Positions 24,971 through 35,950 of a stretch of DNA of 64,000 nt are shown here, in pieces (position 1 is the first letter of the stretch; each line of letters begins with the position of its first letter). Position numbers and translations under genes: made by a program. The notes beneath the pieces are model-generated. The model ran no database searches. It worked only from the letters and a program-made list of their open reading frames with translations, and was not told where the DNA came from. This DNA is from Lama glama (lineage: Eukaryota): the NCBI GenBank assembly GCA_028534125.1, contig CM052816.1:87732001-87796000 (forward strand). The letters run 5' to 3'.

Positions 24971-26149
24971 ATTTCTTATAACTTCGTATACAACCCCACC
25001 TGTACCTGATCTGTCTTATGAGGGAAGCAGGGAATTTTTTACCATATTTAGCTTCTGCATTATAAGTCCATACTGTGACTCCTTGCCATCTGCTGCTGGA
25101 CAGTTTTTATTAAGTCAGTGACATATGTTTTGTCACTTCCAGCAGCCCAGTTCCAAATTAAAAAAAAAATAATCTGTATCAGCTGGGATTAGTTTTATGT
25201 GTGAATGGCAGAGCCCCCCATTTAAAAGTGGTGTACGTAAGCTGCACAGTTCTCACTTAAAGATTCTTAAGTAGGTGGCACAGGCTTGTAAACTTGTCCA
25301 GCTCCATGTTTCCCAAGGGACACATGTCCTTTTTATCTTGTTGCTGCTCTACTGGTGGCTCTCCTTCTAAGGTTGACATTCTGTCTGCATTTCAACCATT
25401 GGGAAAGGATGTCTACTTGTGTTTTACGGTCAGTATCTTAGTAACAAAGCCACATCTGCCTCCAAGAGAGGCAGGGGAATGGTGCCTTTCTTCTCCGTGA
25501 CGAAATGCCTAACTGAAGAAGAGCATGAATATTGAGTTTTGGGAAGCAACCAGCAGACTCTAAGATACACCAATGTTCATATACATCTGGAAGAAGAATG
25601 AAAAACTGTGGTTATTTATTTTATTGCCACTTTGACCCAGAGAGAATTTCAGGCAATTAAGAGATAGAATATGAAGTCATCTAAGAAGACAAAAGCTAGT
25701 GGAGCTATTTTAGCATGTGTGGCAGAAAGTAAGAGTGACTGCATAAACTCCTGATGCAACCAGATTTCCAGAGTCCTCATTGCCTTCTGATGCTGATCTC
25801 TCCAGCACATCTCTATGTCCTCATTTTCCCTTTGGACACCAGAAAAAATGAACAAAATGATATTATTTTTCCCCTAACAATATTGATATAGTTCTTTTGG
25901 TTCCAGTGATATGTCAACACAGATCCTTTGTGAAATATTTCAAACACATTTTTTCTAAAGAAACAACAGAAGTAAATATTTTAGTTTCAGGAAATTCTAC
26001 AAATTGTATAAGCAAATCAGCATCAAGACAAACCAGTCTCCACTTCTGTTGAGGAGGAGACGGAGGAGATGGAAAAAAGAAATGAAGCAAGTGTAGGATA
26101 GGTGGTTGGGGATGAGGTGAAAGACGAGAAGGGAGTGAGGCACTACTCA

Positions 26150-26495
26150 AACCACAAACACTAAACAAACCACACGTTCTCACTGCCTCTTCCTTCTCAC
26201 TCTCTTCCACTCTGATAGTATTTTCCTCTGATAGTGTCTACAATGCTGGAGTAATCCAGGACTTAACTCTCTCATCTCATTTATTTACACACTTTTAACA
26301 GGATAGCTCAAACAGTTCATATCTTTAAATATCATCAATGTAACAATGTCTCCTATATTTATTTCTCCAGGATTGGCCACACCACTGATCTTTAGTCCCA
26401 TGTACCAAACTGTCTACATGACATTCCCACTTAAATATGTTAGAAACACCTTATATTTAATATGTCCAAAAATAAAATTATTCATTCTCAGCTCT
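26150..26495 (+). mobile_element. L2 LINE fragment
   Basis: …ctcctatatttatttctccag…aaactgtctacatgacattcccacttaaatatgt…cttatatttaatatgtccaaaa. Confidence 0.6.
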
Positions 26496-26587
26496 AGATA
26501 GCAAAATATTCTCTTAGTTGTGTTAATCCATGCCCATGGAGAAGCAGAACCTAATATGAAATTAAATGTGCAAGGATTTTATGAGAC

Positions 26588-27082
26588 AGTATGAGTTTTC
26601 CGTGGCTGCCATAACACATTACCACAAATTTGGTGCTTTAAAACAAGACCAATTTATTCTCTAACAATTTTGGAGGACAGAAGTCCAAAATTAATGTGTT
26701 GGCAAGGTCTTACTGCTGCCAGACACTGCAGGTAAAATTCTGTTCCTTGCTTCTTCCAAATTTTGTTGCCCATTGATCTCCCTTGGCTTCCTCAGAATAT
26801 GGTCACATCACTCCAGTCTCTGCCTCAGTGGTCACATTGCCTCCTCTTCTTTTCTATATTTTTTTGTCTTTGTCTGGCTCAGAGATTCTTCTGCCTTTCC
26901 CTTACAATGGCATTTCCTTTGGGTTTAGGTCTACGCAGCTAATCCAGAATTATAGCTTCATCTCAAAATCCTTAATTTAATTATAGGTGCAAAGACCATC
27001 TTCCAAATAAGTTAATATTTATAGTTCCCAGGGTTTAAAATGTGGAATTATCTTTATGGGAACCACCATTTAACTCAGTACA
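26588..27082 (-). mobile_element. MaLR solo LTR, MLT1C/D-like
   Basis: gtggctgccataacacattaccacaaatttggtg…gaagtccaaaat…catcactccagtctctgcctc…catctcaaaatccttaatttaatta…tgcaaagacc…ccaaataag. Confidence 0.82.
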
Positions 27083-27089
27083 GTCTGGC

Positions 27090-27355
27090 CTACAACACTA
27101 TGTTAGTTCCTGGTGCATAACAGTGATTCAGTATTTCTATACATTTCAAAATGATCAGCATAAGTCGAGTTACTATCACCATATAAAGATACTACATTAT
27201 TATTGATTCTGTTCGCCAAACTGTACATTTCATACTCATGACATTTATTTTGTAAGTAGAGATTTGTACCTCTGATTCCCTATTTGTCTCATTCCCCCAC
27301 CCTTGCCCATTCTGGAAACTACCCATTTGTTTTCTGTATCTATGATTGAGTCATG
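27090..27355 (-). mobile_element. L1 3' UTR fragment
   Basis: tacaacactatgttagttcctggtg…cagtgattcagtatttctatacatt…ctggaaactacccatttgttttctgtatctatga. Confidence 0.75.
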
Positions 27356-27604
27356 TTTTAAGGTCAAGATATTAAGGCTACTATATTTAAGTTCCCACAC
27401 TCTTTGGGCATAAGTTGAATATAGATTAAAAAGTACTATGCTGGAATGATCTTTATACAGCTTCGTGTGATCCTTTTTATGCAAGTGAGTTTTGCCCTTG
27501 TATTCTTGGCCATGATTCTGTCTTTCCCTCTGTTAACATAGCAATTGTCAAAATAACTGTTGTCCTAAAGGTGGAGAATGACATTTTTTAACAAGTTAAA
27601 AATT

Positions 27605-27697
27605 ATGTGTATGTGTATGTGTGTGTGTATTTATGTGTATATATAATATATATATATATACAGACACACACACACATACATAAATATATACATATAT
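27605..27697. repeat. (TG)/(TA)/(CA) compound simple repeat forming an imperfect inverted repeat
   Basis: TG-rich left arm, TA core, CA-rich right arm. Confidence 0.85.
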
Positions 27698-30600
27698 TTC
27701 AAGGCTTTGGGGATTTTCAAGGTGATATTCTATTACAAAGATTTGTTTTGGATGTAAAATGCCTATAGCAAAAATAGTTTAAGAATTATAGTTATAGGTA
27801 GATATACATTAATTTTACTTTAGTCCTTTAAAATTTCTCTGAAAATAGAGAGATTTTGATATGCTTTTATAGAAAAAAATTATGATCATTTGAAGTAAAT
27901 TGAATTGCAACATAGACCTAGTTTTATAGTTACTTGCTAACTGAAATAAAAAGGGTTAGGTAGCACAGGCTTTAATTTGGCAAATGTTATTACTGCAAAT
28001 TCAGAAATTCTAAGCCACCATTCATCTGCTAAGAAACACTTTTTTAAGAATAAAGAACCATAAATCCAATTTGACAAGGTTTCTTTTTAGATATCTATTT
28101 TTGATCCCTAATAAAAATATTTACTTAATTTAAGTGTTAACAGGTCTTAACAAATGTATCCTATTTCTTCTAATCATAAGAGTTTTCCATAACTTTTTCA
28201 GTGGCTTTTCAGCAAGCATATTTACAGGTATGTTCAGAAAAAGACTAAATGGTGTATGTCTCCAGGGATGCTAGAATATTTAAGGTTCTTCATTAACACC
28301 TGTGTCTGTGTTTTTGCACATATGATCTTAAATATTTAATTTTTATCTCAAAAGTGTTTCTGATTATATTACTTTACCAAATACTATAAATCATGGAATT
28401 ATGTAGTATTTTTCTACATAAACTTTCTTTTTGTAAAGGAATAGAATGTAAGTCGGTCTTTTCACTCATGTTTTATTTGCATATCAATAAGTGCCTTCAT
28501 ATTCTTGCCTCTATTGATATTTCAAGTAAAACTCACTTCTACTTGAATAAAAATATTGTTTATCTTTTTACTTAAATAAAATGATGAAGACTAGGTGCTC
28601 TTCAAACTGGAATCAAAATCTCAGTATGACCATATGGATTTCTGCTTCCTAAAGGTTGTATGTGTATATACAATGTACATATACATAAATTTTGGCAATA
28701 CACAGTTCTGTTTTGCAGTACATAGTCTATTGCAGCTTGTTCTTATCCGTTAAGGTCTTTTTCTTACCTGGAAAGTGAAATGAAGAAAAGGTAGTATTAG
28801 TAAGGTCATATTAATCTATAATAAATTAGCTTTAATGTGCCAAATAGTAAGTCCACCCCAAAATCTCATCGCTTTTCCTTTTATGTATTCAGGTAAATGA
28901 GTCTGGGAGACTGATAGCCACCTAGGAGGACATCACTCTCAAAAGCCCAAATGTAGCATAAAGGAAATGGACATTAGCTAGAGCTCACAGTAATCTCAGA
29001 GGATCTTTAGAGGTATCAGCTTAGTCATAAATTGACAAAGAACCTTGTTTGCCCTCAGCTGTCAAGAATCATAAGAAAAGGTGTTTAAAATACTTTGAGA
29101 AACTTTCATGGATGGCCATTTGTTTAAACTCTACCTGTGGTACTTTGCTTGTATTCTTTCTTTTTGGGGGGAAGCATAATAAAAAGTAATTATAAACCAT
29201 CCAGCTATAGATTTTTCATAGCTAGTCGAAGCTTCTCCTGTAATCCCAAATATTGATCAAATTGCATTTAAGAGTTTTCAAAAGAGTTATATTTAAGTTA
29301 ACATTTAGATTCTCTTCCCAAAAGCATTTCACATTTAAGTGGTGATATTCTGTGTAGAATTAAAGCTGCCATAATTTTTAAGCATTTTTAAAATTGACTC
29401 TATTTTGTAATCAAGACTGTTATACATAATGTGTCATAAAATTGTATTTCATTGAGATGTCTCAAATTGAGATTTATAAATATGATTTGGCATCAAAAAA
29501 TAATGAATGAATATTTTTAAATGTCCCTTTTGCCTTGGCTTGGAATTTGTAAGCTTGATTAGTCTCTTTATCAGATCTTAATGTGAAATATATTGTAATC
29601 TTTAAAATCTCAGGAAATGGTGTTATGTGTTGATCTTTACTTTCTTTCTCAAAGGAATTGTCATTCTATTTAAACTAGCTATTTAAACATCTCTTAAATT
29701 ATATGCCTTTATTTTTTAATAAAATGCTTTCTTGCAAATTATTATAATTTAGTTTTCTTATCTCTACCTATATTTCCTTTACACGCGGAGTACTTTTCTG
29801 TTGTATATATTTGGATACTATAATGTATGAGTAAATGGATGGAGAATACTCACTCTAGAAAATAATTCAGACTCTCTGTGCATTCTGGAAATCTCTTCTC
29901 ACAGTCATGTCAACTTCCTAAAATCTCAGCAGAAGTGACACTCTTTAGATGCATGTAGCTCTTAGAAGAGTCCTACTGCTGTCAATCGTAGTTAAATTTA
30001 CTACAGTAAGGAAGAATATCATTTTAAATAGCCAGTCCTACTTATTTCTTCGAATAGATGAATTTGGGAAGGATATTTAGAGGACTGGTTTTAGAGCCTG
30101 GATTGTGTGATTTTAATACACATTTCAACACCAGTAATGTGTTGCACTAGGCAGAGATTATCACACAATGGCTTTGGATTTCTAGGCAAGGGGCAAAGTT
30201 ATGTTCTTGAAGTAAATGTTTTGAAACTGTTACTAGTCTTTTAAGTTGTGTAGTTACTTCACAGCCTGTATTATAGGAACTAGTGGTTCTTCAAGCATAT
30301 AACTTTTGTTTTTATTTTTGTTTGTTTGTTGTGCTTTTTGGATTTTTGGGTCTCAGGATTGTTTAACACAGAGATTAAAGAATTACATTGGTGTCAATTT
30401 TGTGCCCCTCCCTCAGAACATTTATTATTCTTAAGCTTAAACTTCAAGATATAACATTGTAATGAGACATGATCAGTGTAGGTCTCCTCCACTGTTTAAT
30501 GCATGTGTAATGTATGCAGTGGTCACGTGACACATTTTTGAAGGTAGTTGTCTCAACATCTGTGTCAGGGTTTTCTATTCTCTTTGCTGAAAGATCATTT

Positions 30601-32335
30601 GTTGCATCATTTGATCAGCTAACAATTGCACTTAAACACTGAATTCTCTTATTAGAGTCACTCATTTGAACATTGCAACACTGCACATTCCAAGAGAAGG
30701 ATTATAATCAGTATTGCAATTCACTTCTAAAGAACTTCTAAGGAAGGAGTCAAGAGAGTTTCAATTAAAGTTCAAGAACATATCCTATCCGCCAGTCAAA
30801 AAAGTCCACAAAAGGCAATTCAAGGATGTTAGCCAAATTATAGAGTTTCATAATTTTTCTTTCCTAATTGCTTAGTAATATTCAGTATAACATATAAGTC
30901 TATAGGAATACATAGTCATACCCTAAGGCAGTATAGTGAACTATGCCTCAAAAGGGCACTATGGTTTTTACAGTTGCCCTGTTTGAAACATTGTCTATTC
31001 AATTTCATGAATATCTTTAATAAAATAAATGCCTTATGGTCTTAATGCCAGTACCTAGTTCTGCTATTCTCTGAACTATAGCATGCTGTAGTGTGCTTAC
31101 TTCCATGACTCTTATAAAACATGAAACAAAAAGGAGCTTTGGGGACATAAATTACCATTGCAAAATTTCACTTTAGTAGTTCAATTTGTGAACTCAAACA
31201 AAGATTGTTTTCCTCCTTTAAAAGATAAATTGTCTAAAATCTCTTTTTCTCATTTCTGAGAAAGAGGAGACAAAATTAATCTGAGTTTTATCTGGGATAA
31301 TCCTGAAGCAGGCATTGCTCTACTGGTGTGACAAACTCACATCCAGTTTGCAGATGGCAGCCAGGAAGCTCTAGTGCCACAAAGTCAGTGCCAGTTGTTA
31401 GAGTCACCAAGTGGTCTGTTTTCAGTTAAAGCCATTCCAGCAAACCCAAAGATAGTTTAGGTTTAAAAGACAATTGGCATGAATTTTTCTAAAAGGAAAT
31501 CAAGAACGGGGTTCAGAAAAAACAAGCCATGCAACCAAAGGGAACACATAGTTACAGATAATACACACAAAACACACTATAATTTTTTAATGTAACTTTT
31601 TAAGGTAACTTTTGTCAAAATAATTTAGTAATTGTCAAAAGTTCAAAGAATTCATTGATATTTTGATGATAAAAGGGAACCTCTATTACCTAGGAACAGC
31701 ATAATTTGTCCAGTTTACAAAAAGAAAACCTAAATTCTAATTTTAATTTCTATAAAACATCCAACAAATATTTTTAGTTCAGCCTTAATAATCATTACTT
31801 TACCAATGATATTGATTATATTACATAGACCTTGCCAATACAACTTAATATAATTCATTGTTAAATTAATAATTGTGCATATTATATTTTTAAGCAAAAA
31901 GACAACATTTTTAAACTTTTTACAATCACTGCATATCTTCAAGCTTGTCTTTTATTATATCTTAGTTATAAATGATATTTTTAATTAACTTCAGAATTCA
32001 AATATGTCTATAGAGTTAAGCATACAAAAGTCAATAAATATGCAAATAGGTAGTATAATTAAAATTTTTAATTTTAGCTTTAAAATATAATTAAACTACT
32101 CACCATATTAAATGATACAATGTATATTCTATATTATAGAAATAAATAACAGACAAAATATTTACTTTTTTATATATATAGTATGATTTTTCTGTGAAGA
32201 TATGTATTATTACATTCTAACAAATTAATATAATTTTTTTCCAGATACAAAAGCAAATTAGAGTGCAAGAAAACAAGAATTGTTCAGATAACTCTGTTAA
32301 ATGAACACATATTTTATATTACTGTATTTTTAAGA

Positions 32336-32849
32336 TGTCAAAGCATAATTGCACTGGATAGATTTACACGGGCAAAGAATGCTGTATACATGACTTGAAA
32401 TTGAAGTCCAGACTATTGCAATAGAGGAGATTGATTGAACTCAATCTGCTGAAACAAAAGACTGGAGAGTTTCTAGGAACTGGGGCAAGCTGGTAGAAAG
32501 GTACTGAAGGACGTTAGCTGGGGGCTTGGTCAATATGGTTAAGCTGTCTGTTTATGGACCTTAGGCTCCTGCCCCCTCGCAGAAACTGGCAGAAAGGGGC
32601 TCAAGCCCTCTTGATGATTACATTTTAAAGGAATGACTTCTAGGTCCCTGAGAAAGATATTCCTGAGTTGTTAAATCTGCAAGAGGACGGGAGAAGATTT
32701 ACTTCACCAGGAGGTAAAGAAATACTATTCAATTCAAACTTTTCTGAAGTAGGTAATCCTAGAAAAGCGGGGGTCAGGATCCTAGAATCACAAATAAATC
32801 TGTTTAAAGCTTAACCCAGCTGAGAGGAATATTAAAGCTATCTTGGTCA
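32336..32849 (-). mobile_element. ERV1 solo LTR, MER67-like
   Basis: TGTCAAAGCATAATTGCAC…ATCTTGGTCA, with flanks aaga/aagg. The minus strand begins TGACCAAGATAGCTTTAATATTCCTCTCAGCT, as in the recalled MER67 consensus. Confidence 0.75.
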
Positions 32850-32984
32850 AAGGTAGCAAAATAAAGAAAATTATCTACATCTATATATCTATATACATAC
32901 ATATATATACATACACACATCTGACATGTGTATATATACATATATAATTAATTCTATATGTATGTATATATAGTATACAATATA

Positions 32985-33207
32985 CAGTTGATCCTTGAAC
33001 AAAGAGAGGATTAGAGGCACTAACTTCCATGCACAGTTAAAAATCTGTGTATAACTTTACAGTCAACCCTCTGGCTCTCCATACCTGTGGTTCCCATCTA
33101 TGGATTCAATTAACCTGGTGTAATACTGTAGTACGTATTTATTGAAAAATATCCATGAATAAGTGAACCCACACAGTTTAAACTCATGTTGTTCAGGAAA
33201 TCAACTG
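32985..33207 (+). mobile_element. Tigger-family MITE (Tigger2a/MER8-like)
   Basis: TIRs CAGTTGATCCTTGAACAA…TTGTTCAGGAAATCAACTG with TA target duplication on both sides. Confidence 0.88.
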
Positions 33208-35109
33208 TATATATTATTATATAATTATTTATTACTATATATTTTATATAATACATTATATAAGTATATATTACCACATATTATTATTATATATAATATA
33301 GTATAGGTAAATATACATAAAAATATGTATGTATAAAGAGGTCTGCATCTTCACAGTCTATTAATCTTTAGCTACCCTGAATATAAAAATAGGGACGAAG
33401 AGCAATTTAAAATTTTATTTTGTGGCCAATATATGTGTATTTTTGTTACTTTGAAATTGTCCTCATATCCAAAGAATTATAATTTAATATCCGTTTAAGG
33501 TCTCCAATTTTATAGAAGACCTGGAAATAACAATTTAACCCAACTTGTTAAGTCCTTATGATTTATATCATTGTAGGAATCTGTAAAATTTCAGCCTTCC
33601 AAAAGATATCCGTCAAAAAAAACATACATTATTACAATTGTATTTAGTTTAACACTTTTTTGTTTTAAAATAAATCTGATTTATTGCTAAATTTATCCAA
33701 TTCATAGGAAAAAATGATAGCATATAGAACTTATAAAAATGATGCAGGAAATTTAATACATTAAATAATTAGAAATTAAGTTCAAGTCTTATAACCTAAC
33801 ACATATTCTAGTAACATTATCTTAACATTGTACTACCATAACAGAGAAGAAATAGAGTTGCCTTAAATCTAAAATCCAGTCACTCTAACTTGCTCAAAAA
33901 GTTGTATATTAATTAAGGCTATTGTATGAATTGTGTTTAATGTAATAAACCTCTGTATTCATATGTCAACATTTTTGAAGACTTGTGAATTCATGTCAAG
34001 AGCTCTAAAAGTCCTGCTGTTTCTATTCAGGTACTTGGGCCATTACCAAACTCACATTTAAACTCTCTCTTCTGAGTTTCAATTTTGAAAATGGATAAAA
34101 CTACCAAACAGAGTTTCTTTTGAAAATTCTGTATATTTATCTGGACTACAAATCCCTACAATGTGCATATAGTAACAGGACAAAATTTCCTAAAAAAGAA
34201 AAACAAGCAGAGTAAAAGAACTGAGAGAAAGCTGTCTTCAGACATATATGAAATAATTACCATAAATATCTAATTTCCTTTGTGCCTCAAGTTGGGAGAA
34301 TGAATACAGATGAAAGACAATAGGGGGGCAGTTTCCAAATTAGAAGAATTTTTTTTTTGTTATAATTAGTCTATTAGATGAACAACCATATTCATGTTAA
34401 AAGTTTTCCAAAGCTACCAGTGAATGAAATTTCATATTGTTCTTGGTTGACTTACGCTGGTTATTTTGGACTGGAAAGTTTAATTGTTTAAGAAAAACTA
34501 ATTAGAAGGAACTGTAATGCCCAATAAGAAAGGAGCAGAACTTGAAATTCCACCAGCAATATTTTTCCTACTACCCAACTGTATTATACGTTTTAACCAA
34601 ACGAAACTCTTCAGTGATGTCAAACACACCAGTGCTCTCTTGCCATGACTTGGCTTATGTTCTCTCAAAATGACATCCCCAGGCATGACCTTCTCTATCT
34701 CTGCTATTAACTACAATGACTGTCCTAACATTCTCTTAATTTGTATTAATTGATACTTCTTTCTTATGTTGTTTTGAATTATTCTAAATGTGTATCTTAT
34801 TTTATGTGACCCATTGGATTGGTGTTGGCACATTTCTCATGGTATTTTCCTCACTCTTCCTAACTTCTTAGTCACCTTGTAGTAGTTATTAAGTCTCTCC
34901 AATTATAGTGCTAGACCTCTGAGAGCATGGACTCGTTCATTTTCCTATCCTCATACTTTTCACAATTATATTTATTCAATTGTGAAATTTTAATACTGAA
35001 TTTAGCTCACGAATGAATCAGTCTCAGCTGTTGAAAGCAATATTTTTATATTTTTTAAATGTAACACTAATACTGAATTCTGATTTGACTATGTTTATAA
35101 AATAAAGGA

Positions 35110-35950
35110 AGCCTTCTGGTTAATGATGACAGGTGTATAGACATTCTAGCCCTCACTGCCTCCTAAGAAATCCATTAACATGTCTTATTAGTGCTATAAA
35201 CCAAAAAGCAAAGAATTTTGAGAGGACACATTATCAAAAAAAGTTTTGAAGTGAAATATACATATGCTAAAACTTACTCCGTGGATCTGAGAATTCTAAG
35301 TCCTGAAGTGGCAGAGAACAAAGCCAAGAAGCCTCATAATGCAATACCAACGATGCAACCCCGTGGGACCTTCTGACCACTCAGAGATTGATGTCACTGA
35401 GCGCTCCTGGAAGAGAAGTGACAGTGGGCTTAAAACAAAAGGATTATTTGAAAGTTGATGTATATAAGCTCTATTAGATGCCTCAATTCTCTTCTTGACT
35501 TAATACTGCCATATGAAAGTCTCTCCCTGGTCTGGGCAAAGGACTGAAGATTTATTCTTCGGAGAAATTTCCTTGATGTCTGACTTAAGAGAAAAAACAG
35601 GTAGCTTTGAGGATAGATATGCAATGTGAAAACAAAGGAATAAATCAGATATTTATACACTGAAAGTTGAATCCCCAAAATTCATTCCCTATTCAGAACC
35701 AAGAACTATGATAGAGAGTATTATAATCTCAATGGGAAGAATTTTTTATTAAGATTTCAATCAATTCTTGCCCAGGAAAAAATGGGACAATTGACCAGGA
35801 TGCCCAATGTCTGAGTAATAACCAATCCAATAAAGAAAAATAGAGAAAGTGTACAGAAATAAAACACTTAAGAAAAATAAATCAATAAAATGTCCCAGAA
35901 TCACATAAGTTTGTATTTTGGAAGATGTCACTGAATGGCCAACCCAAAGG
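35110..35950 (+). mobile_element. Ancient L1M/HAL1-type 5' UTR and ORF1 remnant
   Basis: 5'-like cttctggttaatgatgacagg…, and ORF1-like aataaaatgtcccagaa…tttggaagatgtcactgaatggcc. Confidence 0.4.

Larger units (their letters stand above)
21585..25568 (-). mobile_element. MaLR provirus, MLT1J-like: LTR (about 21585-22043), internal region, LTR (25175 to about 25568)
   Basis: Two related MLT1J-like LTRs in the same orientation. The internal-to-LTR junction ttttgtcacttccagcagcccagttcc…aatc|TGTATCAG resembles the MaLR-int 5' end. Four later insertions lie inside. Confidence 0.6.
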
